This document shows positions 1 through 10,582 of a DNA stretch of 64,000 nucleotides, in pieces. The DNA is from Candidatus Binatia bacterium (GTDB lineage: Bacteria > Desulfobacterota > Binatia > UBA9968 > CAXXLF01). The stretch covers positions 320,001-384,000 of the forward strand of contig CAXXLF010000002.1 in assembly GCA_963664015.2 (NCBI GenBank). The letters run 5' to 3'. Under the pieces are notes generated by a model that did not search any database, was not told where the DNA came from, and saw only the letters and a program-made list of their open reading frames with translations. Both the position numbers and the translations under genes were made by a program. Position 1 is the stretch's first letter, and the number at the start of each line of letters is the position of its first letter.

Positions 1-975
1 TTTTATTTGCGGGTCCTCAAATACCTCATCCAACGTGTTTATAGGCGAACAGGGCACATCTCGTTCGCGCAGCCGCCGGATCCAGTCCCCTCTACGTCCG
101 CCCCCAAAGACGGCCTGCAGTTGTGCCCCAAGCTCGTCGTGATTCTCCGTCCTCGCTGACCGCTCGCTAAAGCGAGGATCACTCGCCCACTCGGGTTTTC
201 CGACCACCTCCAGCAGTCCCTGCCAGAATTTCTTCGGTGAAGAGAGGTGGATCACAAAAGGCAGGCCATCCCGGTCAACGAAGGCGAAGACGCCGGCCGT
301 GTGGGTCCTTTCGGCCCGACGCGGCACAATACCGGTCTCGAAGAAGCGCACCGCGTTCTCGCTCAAGAACGAAACCGAGGAACGCAGGAGCGACGTCTCC
401 ACCCATTGTCCTTCGCCGGTGACTCCACGATTTACCAGGGCGGCCAGGATGCCATAAGAAGCATAGATACCAGACAGGTGATCCGAAAGGGAAATGCCCA
501 TTCCCTGCGGTTTTTCCGGATCAGTGAGAAGACTCAGTAGGCCGCTCATGGCCTGACCCACCGTATCGTATCCCGGCAAGTCACGGTAGGGCCCCTCCTG
601 ACCATATCCACTGATGGAACAGTAGACAATTCTTGGATTGATTGAATGAATGGTCTCGTAATCCAACCCCCGCCGCTTCATCGCACCCGGTCGCAGGTTT
701 TCCACTAGCACGTCGGATTCGGATGCGAGCTTCAGAAATATCTCTTTTCCCTTGGGCTGACCGATATCCAGCGTTAGGCTTTTCTTGTTGCGGTTCAGGC
801 TGCGAAAATTTGAGGCATAGCCATTCTCCCCCCATCCTCGAAAAGGATCTCCTTCTCCTGGAGTTTCAACTTTGATTATCTCCGCACCAAGATCCGCTAA
901 AAGTAGCGAGGCAAAGGGTCCTGAAACATAGCTCGCGAGTTCCAAAACCCGGATTCCGTCAAGTGCACCACTCAT
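1..975 (-). CDS. CaiB/BaiF (family III) CoA-transferase, 3' end runs off the window
   Basis: Not in the ORF track. Manual translation from ATG at 975: MSGALDGIRVLELASYVSGPFASLLLADLGAEIIKVE...NRNKKSLTLDI...PGYDTVGQAMSG...DVPCSPINTLDEVFEDPQIK; GGAG RBS upstream. Confidence 0.93.
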   Translation of the reverse strand, partial: MSGALDGIRVLELASYVSGPFASLLLADLGAEIIKVETPGEGDPFRGWGENGYASNFRSLNRNKKSLTLDIGQPKGKEIFLKLASESDVLVENLRPGAMKRRGLDYETIHSINPRIVYCSISGYGQEGPYRDLPGYDTVGQAMSGLLSLLTDPEKPQGMGISLSDHLSGIYASYGILAALVNRGVTGEGQWVETSLLRSSVSFLSENAVRFFETGIVPRRAERTHTAGVFAFVDRDGLPFVIHLSSPKKFWQGLLEVVGKPEWASDPRFSERSARTENHDELGAQLQAVFGGGRRGDWIRRLRERDVPCSPINTLDEVFEDPQIK

Positions 976-1054
976 GTATATCCTCCGACCTTCTTTATAC
1001 CTCCGATATACTTCAGCCCCACTTAGACCCGCTTGAGGCATCCTCAAAGGACCG

Positions 1055-1773
1055 TCAGGGCGCTTTTAGGAAAAATATCTGCCCGGTTACATTTTCAGTG
1101 GCTTCGGATATTAAATACCGGAAGAGTCCGACGATTTCCTCCACCGGTGTAAAGCCCCCTGCAGCGGCGACATGACCTTGCGCCGTTTCCATGCCTCATC
1201 GGAAGTACCCGCTCGGGACATGGGCGTATCCGTCCGTCCGGGAGCGAGAGCATTGACCAGTATCCTGCGGGGCGCAAGCTCAGCGGCCAGTGACTTGGTA
1301 AATGCGATCACTCCGCCTTTGGAGGCCGCATAGTGGGCCGCGTTGGGAGCACCGGCAACACCCCTTCCCGATGCGATGCTAAGAATCCGCCCCTTTTCTT
1401 TTTTAACCATGTGCCTGGCGACCGCCTGGGAGCAAAGAAAAACCCCCTTGAGGTTGGTGCCTAGAACCCGGTCCCACTCCTCTTCGGTGATATCATTAAC
1501 CGGGTGGCGCGGCATGATACCGGCCCCATTGAGAAGGACATCGATCGTACCGAAATGACCGAGCGTCGTCTCAACCAGTTGTTCAACGCTACCCTTACAG
1601 CTGACGTCCACCTGCACCGCCAAAGCTTCAGCACCGAGATCGTTGGCAAGACGTTCGGCTCCATGGCCGGCATAGTCGGCGATGACCACCTTGTGGCCAT
1701 CACCCACAAGCCCCGTACAAATAGAAGATCCGATTCCCCCCGCTCCCCCAGTGACGATCACCACCTGTGGCAT
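1055..1773 (-). CDS. SDR family oxidoreductase (FabG-like); apparent -1 frameshift in a G5 run near 1155-1159
   Basis: TGGAGGIG, NGAG and YAASKGG motifs. One extra G restores a normal C-terminus (GGFTPVEEIVGLFRYLISEATENVTGQIFFLKAP*) ending at 1055. Confidence 0.85.
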
Positions 1774-1824
1774 AAAGCACCTCTCTCCTTTAACGAATCA
1801 CTGTGCCAGGCAAGTCCACCCCTG

Positions 1825-2397
1825 TTACCCCAATGCTGGCATAACTTCTTTTGCAAACAAACTCATAGACCTTTTAATGTCCTCGTGGGCGATTCCGCCG
1901 AAATTAAAGGTTGTCATCAAGGTATCGAATAGATAGTTCCGCATAGAATTGTTAATGATTTGAATAAATTGCTCCGGATTCCAGTAGCAGTTTCACCCGG
2001 AAGCCAACATTCCCTGCCAGTCATAGACGCTTCCCGGTGGAAGCGGCTCCTTGCGGCCGATCCGAGATACATCGTCGTATCGGGCTATGGCTGCCGTTCC
2101 TATTTCCTCGGCCCGCTTAGAGTTTTGGTTGACATAGATACGCAAGTGAAGCTGGCAGTGGTGCGCCGAGGGATCATGTCCCTGGGCAACCAACCCCTCC
2201 CGCCATGCCTCCACTCCTTTCCCCACCGACTCTGGAGGGTGAGGATGGGCGACCGTCATAATATGATAGCCTTGTCGGCCCGCCCAACCCAGCTCCTCTG
2301 CCAAGCATACCTGTTCGAGCACCTGTTGGTAGAAAATGTCATAAGGCGGATCACGGTCGGGGTAATAGGTTGAAAGTAGATTAATATAGAAACGCAC
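1825..2397 (-). pseudogene. Luciferase-like (LLM) flavin monooxygenase remnant with a large internal deletion and an in-frame TGA
   Basis: N-terminus ...EQVCLAEELGW is fused directly to the C-half WAGRQGYHIMTV. After TGA at 1993-1995 the frame continues to FNFGGIAHEDIKRSMSLFAKEVMPALG*. Confidence 0.75.
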
Positions 2398-2600
2398 GGG
2401 GCCCTCGTTTTTCCTTCCCGCCATCCACAGCCCAATACTCATTCAGCGCTGAAGGGCATACTATGTAATCAGAGAGATGAGAGCAAGAGAGGAACCGACC
2501 TAGGGAATGCCCCATTTTCCCCATTCCAACACGACAGGCCATAGTTGCGCCGGCAGAATGATTATGAATATAGTCCCGTATCGAACCTTTCGGAGGTTTC

Positions 2601-3311
2601 ATGGCGCTGTTACAAGTTGGCGGAACGTTTCCAGAGGCAACGCTCCAGGACATTGATGGAAAATCGGTGAATTCCCCAGAAGTCTTCTGATTGGCTCCCG
2701 CCACCGTTGTGTTTTTCTTTTGCGGCCAGTGGTGACCCTGGTGCCGGGCGCAGGTTGCCGCCTTCATTTACGAATACGAAAGGTTTAGAGAAAATCAGGT
2801 TGGAATCCTTGGCATGAGTCCACAGACTTCAGACCATGGCAGGCAACTCCGGGAGCGGAGCATTCGGGATGCCCGGTTTGACCAGGCCGCCCATAACAGT
2901 CATCATGAATTCTGGAGCGATTCCCATAGCGCTTTTCCGGTCCGGCTCATCAGAGACCCCGCATGTGAACTGAGCCGAAAGGTTGGTGCCGAACGGGAGA
3001 GACATTGGATGGGCACGATGCTCTATGCAACGACCTTCCTGGTGGACTCCGAGGGGCGCATCCGATGGAACTTTCAATCCCAGAGAGCTCACCGGTGGCC
3101 CAGTCCCGTGTGGCTCGCAACCGCTGCGTCGAACCTTATAAAAGGACAGCCCATACGGGATTATATTGAGAACTGGCCCAGTGGGCGACGACATCGTTAC
3201 CGGCCGAACCTTGACAGCCCCCGCATGGATTGGCTATTTTCGCCCCATCGTATTCAAAAGATCAACGGATCACGCACTGGCGAGGAAAAGGAAGAGAGGA
3301 TGCAATTATGA
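2601..3311 (+). CDS. AhpC/TSA peroxiredoxin-like selenoprotein (UxxC); an extra upstream TGA suggests a pseudogene
   Basis: GGAGG RBS + ATG 2601: MALLQVGGTFPEATLQDIDGKSVNSPEVF*LAPATVVFFFCGQW*PWCRAQVAAF...ATTFLVDSEGRIRW. TGA 2733-2735 sits at the first-Cys position of CxxC; a second TGA is at 2688-2690. In frame with ORF 2814..3311. Confidence 0.75.
2747..2762 (+). promoter_or_regulatory. Putative bacterial SECIS hairpin
   Basis: GGCGCAGGTTGCCGCC (stem GGC-GCA/TGC-C-GCC, apical GGT) starts 11 nt after the UGA; resembles the GCAGGUCUGC apical stem of E. coli fdhF SECIS. Confidence 0.6.
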
Positions 3312-4219
3312 AAATACTGCGTTTCAACGATGATCGGGTCGGCGCACTCAAAAGCGGAAATAAAATGGTGGATCTTAGCGATACCATCCAATACCGGATT
3401 GAAAAGGGACCCCAAAGAGTCATCGAAGAGGTGATCGAGAATTTTGACGCCCGACGCGTTGAATACGAGCAAATCGTCGCCCGAGAAGCCGCTGTTCCTC
3501 TGAGCAGCGTTAAACTCCTGGTCCCGGTTCCCCGGCCCAGCAAGTGCCTGGCTGCCTTTTCCAATTACAAGGACAGCCCGGATCGGGACCCCAGCACCAT
3601 GCACAACGAATTCTTCCACAAAGCCCCGGAGCTCCTCGGTCCCGAGGGAACCGTTGAATTATTGGACATTCCACCGGTTGTGGTCTTTCAGCCTGAGGCC
3701 GAGCTGGCCTACGTTATCGGAAAACAGGCAAAGAATGTAAAAGAAGCCGATGCTCTGAACTACGTCTTTGGATACGTTCCGTTCGTAGACATCTCAGCCA
3801 GGGGTATGCTTCGGCGCAGCCAGTTTGTACCCAAGGGACAGGACACCTACGGTCCCTGTGGCCCCTGGATCACCACAAAGGACGAAGTTGCCGCTCCCCA
3901 CGATCTGAACGTGAAATCCTGGGTTAATGGAAAACCGCGGCAAGATTACAATACTAAGCATATGGTCCACAGTATACCGGACCAGATCGCATGGCTCAGC
4001 AAACACATTCAGCTTCAGCCAGGAGATGTTATAACGACGGGGACTTTTCACGTGGGACTCGGACCCATCAATGATGGGGATGTCTTTGAGATTGAGGTAG
4101 TGAATTTAGGGAAAGCCCGCTTCTTTATTAAGAGCCAGGGTCCACGGAAGGATAACGAATGGCTACCGGGGACCTCTCAGCCTTCCAAGCCTACGGTTGG
4201 GGGCATGCACAAGGTTTGA
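3308..4219 (+). CDS. Fumarylacetoacetate hydrolase (FAH) family protein
   Basis: EAELAYVIGK, DISAR, KGQDTYGPCGPWI and LQPGDVITTGT motifs; start at ATG 3308 after GAGGA. Confidence 0.92.
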   Translation: MKILRFNDDRVGALKSGNKMVDLSDTIQYRIEKGPQRVIEEVIENFDARRVEYEQIVAREAAVPLSSVKLLVPVPRPSKCLAAFSNYKDSPDRDPSTMHNEFFHKAPELLGPEGTVELLDIPPVVVFQPEAELAYVIGKQAKNVKEADALNYVFGYVPFVDISARGMLRRSQFVPKGQDTYGPCGPWITTKDEVAAPHDLNVKSWVNGKPRQDYNTKHMVHSIPDQIAWLSKHIQLQPGDVITTGTFHVGLGPINDGDVFEIEVVNLGKARFFIKSQGPRKDNEWLPGTSQPSKPTVGGMHKV

Positions 4220-4560
4220 GGAAGAATCGTTACCGATTAATAAATAGTATTTAGGGGTTCGATTAAGAACGACTCGCGCACAGTCGCAAGGGGCGCCAAG
4301 TTCGGAAAAAATAGCTTAATCTTTTTCTTTGCGTGCTTGACTCACCCTAATCATCCCGAGATTGATCTGACCCCTGTCGGGGTTCTCGCCGAAAAAACCT
4401 TGCCACACTCATTCTATTTAGGTTGGCTGAAGTTTGAGAAGCTTCCTAGCATTCTCTGGAGGCTCTTGAACCCCTGTCAGATACTTATGAAGGCGAGACC
4501 TATTTGGCCCGTGGGGGTAATGTGCCGAACTTGCCCCGAAGTAACTCCCCCAAGATCCAG

Positions 4561-5310
4561 TCAAAGGGCTAGAATGCCACCCTCCACGAGACTATCGGTC
4601 CCCGTGATAAAATCCGTTTCGTCACAGGCGAGGAATACTGCAAAATTCGCGACGTCCGCAGGGACACACTGCCGCCCAATAAGATTTTCGATCTTTCCGT
4701 AAACCCGTGGCTTTTCCCCGGGCCCCACGGAGGTCATTACCCTGTTGGGTGTAATGCTGTTGACGCGGATACGGTAGGGGGCCAGTTGAACGGCCAGCGA
4801 TCGGGTCAAGTTCAGTACTCCACCTTTTGCCGACGGATAAGCCGTGGCGTCTTTCCTTCCGCGGTGGCCCGATGTGGATGCGATATTGATGATGCGTCCG
4901 CCCTCACCTCGGTCTACCATCTTCCTGCCCACATACTTGCTGCAGAGAAAGACACTTTTCAGTGTTGCACCAATCACTCGATCCCAGTCCGCTTCTTCCA
5001 ATTCTAGGACGTTTTTTCGATCTACGACGCCCACGTTGTTGACCAGTATGTCCACCTTCCCCCACTGTCTTATCACCTGCTCCACCATCTTTTGCACAGC
5101 GGCGCTCGACGAGACATCGCACTGCACGGGCAGGGTGGCATCGGGGTGCCTTGAGTTAATAGACGCGGCCACGGACTGGACCCGGTCTTCCACAAGATCC
5201 ACTACCGCAACCCGCGCCCCTTCCTCAACATAAGCGCGCGCAATGGCTTCCCCCACATTACGGCCTGATCCCGTCACGATCGCAACACGGTTTTCCAGTC
5301 TTTTAGCCAT
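4561..5310 (-). CDS. SDR family oxidoreductase
   Basis: TGSGRNVG, NNVG, YPSAK, FITG motifs. Confidence 0.92.
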   Translation of the reverse strand: MAKRLENRVAIVTGSGRNVGEAIARAYVEEGARVAVVDLVEDRVQSVAASINSRHPDATLPVQCDVSSSAAVQKMVEQVIRQWGKVDILVNNVGVVDRKNVLELEEADWDRVIGATLKSVFLCSKYVGRKMVDRGEGGRIINIASTSGHRGRKDATAYPSAKGGVLNLTRSLAVQLAPYRIRVNSITPNRVMTSVGPGEKPRVYGKIENLIGRQCVPADVANFAVFLACDETDFITGTDSLVEGGILAL

Positions 5311-5571
5311 AGGCCCCTCCCTCAATAAGTGAATCTGGTTAGACTCCTATAGGACTGCAGCGCTTGAGTCAATGAATTGCTGATCTCCACGGAGCAAGAA
5401 GTGCACCGTAAGTTAAGACAGAGTAGGGTCAAGACTGCTGTGAACTATTGGACGGTTCCAGCGAACCTCATTTAGCTGGGGTCTCGGTTTCACCAGGCAC
5501 CGCGACTCTGAAAATCCTAGCCCTGGGTGAAGCGAATGAGATCAACTTTGGAGCTGTCCGGACCTGCTCCG

Positions 5572-6491
5572 CTAAGGTCGAACGATAGTGCGGTCCAGTC
5601 CGACGCCCAACGGGCCCCGAGGAAGCTTCACTTCAAGGATTTCACCGCCGCGTCGAATCTCCACCGGGACCGTTTCACCCATAATTCCTTTGGCCGTCGC
5701 CTCCCTGAGATCCCTGGAGGAGAAGACGCGGCTACCGTAGTAGCGGAAAATAATATCGCCCGACTGAAGGCCGCTCTGTACAGCAGGCGAGCTCTCCATA
5801 ACCGAATCCACTTGAAGGCGATTGGGTCGCTCTCTGGCAAAGAGAAAACGATCGTAACAATCCTCACCGAGTTCATCTCTCATGCCATTACGCAATTGCC
5901 CGGACGCTTCGCAGTATTCGAGAGTGCGAAGCTAGCCTTCCCGCCTGGCCTGGTGACGAAGGTAGAGGCGCTCCATCTCGATCTTGCTGGCGCGCTTTTT
6001 GAGCTGCGTCCTGCTGGTGGCATCAAAACCGACGGCAAGGAACCTCGCCTCACTAACCTTCTCCGGGTCCTCGGCCGTTTCTTTCTTCCCTACTTTGTGA
6101 GCCTCCTCTTCCGATGAGGATTCACACGAGCCGTTAGCAACGGCCGTTTGCAACTGCCTTACTTGATTTTGAAGCGCGGCAAGGCGCCTTTCCAGCCGGC
6201 GGCGATTGGAAACCTCCTCGGTGAGAAGATCCGCCAGAACAGCGACCGTGCCCAGGTCTCCCGTCGTATTCGTCGGCTTTGCCAATAGAGCCATTGCGTT
6301 TCCGTTTTTCAATGGATACCGGGGTGGTGATTAGTGTTATCCGTCGTGGGGGTTGTGGTTTCAGAAGCGGTTTTAATCAAAGCGATGGTCCCGCCATTTC
6401 GCTCCGGAAGAGCCTTTTAACCTATCGCCATGACACCTATGCCAATACCGATGACCAGCATCAAACCCATAGAAATTAGGCGTGCGTTCAT
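5572..6491 (-). pseudogene. Membrane-anchored PDZ-domain protein, disrupted
   Basis: N-terminal TM segment broken by TAA; ORF 5932..6312 is joined through an in-frame TAG to the PDZ part (SPAVQSGLQSGDII...RGPLGV). Confidence 0.7.
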
Positions 6492-6636
6492 TGGCCAAAT
6501 CCTTTCCCCATTGCTGTTAGGCCTCACATCGCGCGGGTAGACATATTTATGGAGGAAAGCGCTACTTAGGCACGATTATCACATCGATAGAAGCAGTCAA
6601 GGACGCCAAGACCCGGCACATGCAGCATCCTTGCGT

Positions 6637-7884
6637 TTATGCGGGGGCATTACGAGGCATGGACTTACCGACCGTTCGCCAGCTGAGCGCTGTAAGGACC
6701 AGCCCGACTGCAGCGAAAGTCATGGCGCCGGCATACATGCCCGTGTAGCCAAAAGCGACGATCAGGGCACCGGCGAGAGGAGCTCCCAGCCCCTCTCCGA
6801 CGCGATAGGCCATGGAGAAGGTCGCCATGGCCTTACCCATTCGGCCGGGCGCCGCCAGGTCCATGGCAAAGGCATTCAAGGCCGGCTGGCCCAGAGAACT
6901 TCCGACTGAATACAGAAAACCCGCGACTATGAACATCTCGATACTGGCGGCTATGATGAAGATCGCGAAGGAGGCGATCATGGCACAGTAGCCCGCTGCA
7001 ATCCAAATGCCCCGGCCAACCCGGTCCACAAAGGGCCCCAGCAGAATTCGCGTCAATATGCCGGTCGCACCCCTCGTCACAAAATACAGGCTGATGTTTT
7101 GAATACCCAAGGCGTTGGCGTGCAACGGAACAAAGGCGAAGGTCACAGGCTGGGTCATAGTAACGCACACCAGCAGCAGGGAGGCCAGAAGCACAGGCCG
7201 TTCAATGAACGTCTCCAGGCTCCACTTCCCACGGGGCACCGTCAAAGCACCCCGGAAGGTAGTCCCGCTGCTGCCAATGGGAGGGATCATCCAGGCTGCC
7301 AACGTTGCCGCAAGACCTGCAACTCCCGCAAGCGCAAAGCCAGGGTAAAACTTCCCCGTGGTACTGAGGAGCCAGAGGGAGAGGGCCGGCGCGAAAGCCG
7401 ACGCGGTGGTCGTCGCAACAGAAGAGTAGCCGGCGGCTTCCGCACGGCGTGAGACTGGAGCGGTCAGCGCAACTCCGGTGGAGTGGCCCGTGCTGAAGGC
7501 ACCCCATCCCACACCCTTCACCGCGTTAGTGATAAACGCCAACCAAAGGGAAGGCACAATCAAGCTGGCACCGAAAGAGCCTAGAATCGTCGCCCCGCCG
7601 ATAAGGACCCCGCGCACACTCCACGTGTCGATCAGGTGGCCGATCAGGGGCCGCAAGATAAAGCTGGTAACGCTGAAGGCAGTGAATATGAGCCCCGCGA
7701 TCACCGGCGAGCCGCCGAGACTCTGTACGAACAGAGGCAACACTACCGAGACGAGAAGATGGCTGCAATAGCACAGCACGGTGACAACGCACAGTAGAGT
7801 AAAGCTCTGCGTCCATAGGGGCGGACGCTGGGAGCGCGATGGATCCACGCTCGTATGGGGGCCAGCAGATGGGACCTGCGTCAT
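6637..7884 (-). CDS. MFS transporter
   Basis: About 12 hydrophobic segments; GHLIDTWSVR and GPFVDRVGRG motif-A loops. Confidence 0.92.
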   Translation of the reverse strand: MTQVPSAGPHTSVDPSRSQRPPLWTQSFTLLCVVTVLCYCSHLLVSVVLPLFVQSLGGSPVIAGLIFTAFSVTSFILRPLIGHLIDTWSVRGVLIGGATILGSFGASLIVPSLWLAFITNAVKGVGWGAFSTGHSTGVALTAPVSRRAEAAGYSSVATTTASAFAPALSLWLLSTTGKFYPGFALAGVAGLAATLAAWMIPPIGSSGTTFRGALTVPRGKWSLETFIERPVLLASLLLVCVTMTQPVTFAFVPLHANALGIQNISLYFVTRGATGILTRILLGPFVDRVGRGIWIAAGYCAMIASFAIFIIAASIEMFIVAGFLYSVGSSLGQPALNAFAMDLAAPGRMGKAMATFSMAYRVGEGLGAPLAGALIVAFGYTGMYAGAMTFAAVGLVLTALSWRTVGKSMPRNAPA

Positions 7885-7898
7885 TTTAACAAACTCCA

Positions 7899-7926
7899 GG
7901 GTTTGGGTTTGGGTTTGGGTTTGGGG
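7899..7926 (+). repeat. (GGGTTT)4GGGG tandem repeat / G-quadruplex motif
   Basis: GGGTTTGGGTTTGGGTTTGGGTTTGGGG directly upstream of the MFS gene's RBS. Confidence 0.9.
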
Positions 7927-8203
7927 TCAGGTCTATGATTGTAGCCAAGGGTTAAGACGATTTCCCGCAAAAGTAATATAAATAAGCTGTTAAGGTTGCA
8001 TGTCTTAATCTGCTTCCGTTTACTGGACCGATCGAGGTCTTAGCGCCTGCCGTTTTTGATCTGACCGAGATGGCCCTTCATCAGTTCGGACGCCATTCAT
8101 TCCTAACTGATCCGTTTTCAGGGGTCCGGGTGACATGTTATCGCTATACGGAGAGAAAAAGACAGGGGGAACCTAAGCGAATACCCCCAAGCAAAAAGAA
8201 AAA

Positions 8204-8246
8204 TGCCCCCGGCGCGACTCGAACGCACGACCCCAGGATTAGGAAT
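8204..8246 (-). repeat. Attachment site: 43-bp duplicate of the tRNA-Arg(CCT) 3' half
   Basis: Identical to 12706..12748; identity ends at the anticodon stem-loop. Confidence 0.95.
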
Positions 8247-8367
8247 TACGGGCTGCCCCTCAGCACACGTCTTCTTACTTGACGCAAGCTAGGAAAGTCA
8301 ACGGTTTTTCCCAACTGGCAACCTGAGGCAAGCTAACAGAAATCGACGCGATGAAGACATTCCATAT

Positions 8368-9484
8368 TCATACCCTACCTCTCCCCCCTCCCACCAGGAT
8401 ACTCGCCGCCAGGTTCTGAACGGACCGGGTTTCTTCCCTAATAAAGTGAGCGGAAATCTTCATCGTCACGGATGAGTCTTTGTGGCCCAGCAGGTAAGAG
8501 ACCTCGGGGGTCGGCCTCCCATCGGCCAGGAGTAGACTTGCGAAGCTATGCCGGAGCCCATGAGGGGTAAGTCTCTTGATCTCAGCTTTACCGATGGCCC
8601 TGTCCAGAAATTTACTTACGGTCTTCCGATGAAAGGGCTGCCCTCTTCCGTAGCAAAGATGAGATCCCGTTCGCTTCTCGGGCAGCGTAGTTTCCACACG
8701 TTGAACTCGCGGCCCAACTCGGACGGTAAGTCAATGGTCCGTCGGCTGGTTTTCGTTTGGGAGGCTGAAGGATAGGATCCTGGCCCTTGTCTGAGTCAGC
8801 CAAATTCAGCCACACATGGAGCTTGCCCGCTTTCAGGTCAACCGCAGGCCACGTAAGCCCCAGCACTTCCCCGATACGAAGGCCCATCAGCGTTGGCACC
8901 ATAACCACTAGCCGCTCAAGGCTTCCCGGCTCGGTCGCACTAATGAGCCTCCGGATTTCCTCTTTCGAGTAGACCTGATCCGGTTCGACATCATTGCTAT
9001 CCTCGTTCTCCGTCGCGACCTTAAGGTGCTCGGCTTCCTTGGCGGCGTTGTCTTTGATGAGCTTGTATCGCTTGGCTATCGCGAACACGGCGGTCAACGT
9101 GGTCAGAATCTTGTTCTCGGTCTTTGGGGACACCCGCCCCGCCCATTGAGCCGCCACCCCCTCGATCATTTCAACATCTACCAGGTGGACTCTGAGGGTT
9201 CCAAGCTCAGGCACGATGAAGTGGTCAACATGATTCTTCCATGCCTCCAGGGTTGAACGGCGGTAGGTCCCGGCATCGACCTTTCGTCTATGCCATTCCT
9301 GGGCTACCTCAGCGACCGTCTTCTCTGAGGGCTTCGCGTATTCCTGGCGCTGAACCTGTGCCCGCACTTCTTTCTCGAAGGCGGCCGCTTCCCTATGGGT
9401 GCGAAAGGTCCGCTGGATCCTCCGCCTTTGTTGGTCGCGGAAATCAACGGCAAACGTCCCGACCCGAGTCTTGTTGATGGCCAT
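8368..9484 (-). pseudogene. int: Phage-type tyrosine integrase with two single-base frameshifts (~8755 and ~8642)
   Basis: GLRIGEVLGL (R), PK[T]K, HGLRHSFAS (HxxR), LGH. Frames join as QPPKTKTSRRTIDLP...FATEEGQPFHRK. The catalytic-Tyr position reads S (TMKISAH). Confidence 0.88.
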
Positions 9485-9485
9485 G

Positions 9486-9677
9486 CTACTTCCTCCCTCT
9501 GGGTTTTCTCATTTTCAGGAGCAGATATTTAACAGCGAGCTCAGTTGTCCGCATGATCGGCTGTTCACCCCTCTCCATTCTCGCCACGCTATTGCGCTGC
9601 ATGCCCAGCGCATCGGCCAGGCTGGCCTGGGTCATGCCCAGCTGCTTCCTCGCTCTCTTTATCTCTGCTTCTGTCAT
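9486..9677 (-). CDS. XRE-family helix-turn-helix regulator
   Basis: RARKQLGMTQASLADALGMQRNSVARMERG; ends 1 nt before the int start. Confidence 0.9.
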   Translation of the reverse strand: MTEAEIKRARKQLGMTQASLADALGMQRNSVARMERGEQPIMRTTELAVKYLLLKMRKPRGRK

Positions 9678-9714
9678 GATGATACATTATGTATCATGGC
9701 CATAGGGCTGTCTC

Positions 9715-9990
9715 AACTGACTCCATTGTTATTTTTTTGCTTTCTAAAAAAGACTCCACATCACGCCGCTTAAAAAGCACATGCGCCCCGGTTTTGTCCT
9801 GGCGATATCGCCGGCCCTCCCCCGTTCCTCAAACCAAGTTTGCGGAAGGCCGTAGAGCTGCCCGCTTCCTTTGCTCGTATCCACTTCTTGCTGTCGGCCA
9901 GGACCTTCGGGCTGGCTAATTCGCCTATAGCCGCCTGGACCTCCTCCCGGACGATCCGCCTTAAAAGGGCCACCCATCGCCTCGTGTGAA
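9715..9990 (-). pseudogene. Excisionase-like HTH protein, frameshifted
   Basis: Joined frames read LLRRIVREEVQAA...KWIRAKEA|QLYGLPQTWFEERGRAGDIARTKPG|HVLFKRRDVESFLE, a Xis/HTH_17-like pattern. Boundaries approximate. Confidence 0.6.
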
Positions 9991-10035
9991 AATATAATAT
10001 AATTTTTCTGTCACCACCCAACGAGGCTCTTTCAC

Positions 10036-10248
10036 TCACCACACTCGGTATCGCCCCTCCCCCCCCTGGTACTGTGTCCTTTGTGGTGGATGCTGTGGCC
10101 CTCCGATTTCATTTAGACCGTGGTTCAGCCCAGATCTTCGGTCCAACCCATCGCAGTTCAGGCTCACTCTATAGGCATGTAGCCCATGCGGGAGAGCGTT
10201 CTTGGTCCCTAGGGGTCCGCTCCTGCCATGCCTGCCATTGGTGTTCAC
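10036..10248 (-). CDS. Small hypothetical protein, first gene of the element's leftward module (probably truncated)
   Basis: GGAGG RBS before GTG 10248; GPLGTKNALPHGLHAY resembles small phage or satellite proteins. Confidence 0.4.
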   Translation of the reverse strand: MNTNGRHGRSGPLGTKNALPHGLHAYRVSLNCDGLDRRSGLNHGLNEIGGPQHPPQRTQYQGGEGRYRVW

Positions 10249-10260
10249 GCAACCTCCCTA

Positions 10261-10282
10261 CGTGGAGACATCATGGAGACAT
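10261..10282. repeat. Tandem TGGAGACAT box, copy 1 (putative integrase arm-type site)
   Basis: CGTGGAGACAT-CA-TGGAGACAT; 20/22 identical to 12635..12656. Confidence 0.7.
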
Positions 10283-10582
10283 GACCTTCTAAGGTTTCAG
10301 CAACACTAGAGTTTTTCTTGAACCCAGGAGATCCAATCCTGTGGCGATGCTCAAGCGGCGTTCATCAACCGCGTCGTCAACCGGAGGCTCTCAGATCGGA
10401 GAGCAGGGGAGGAGATGCTGGCAAATCTCAAGGTGTAACGTAATCACCCCGACTCCTCCAAGGCATTGGCCTGATGCGAGGCGGTGGGCTGAAAAGAGTA
10501 ATTGGGCTGGCATCCATTTGGTGCAACGATCCATAGGACTCAATTAATGCGTCGCTTAATTGTGTTCTGTGGGATTATTTGG

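Noticed and set aside
237-875. Plus-strand short ORFs, and similar antisense ORFs throughout the track
   Set aside because: They overlap well-supported genes on the opposite strand (here the CoA-transferase) and have no family motifs.
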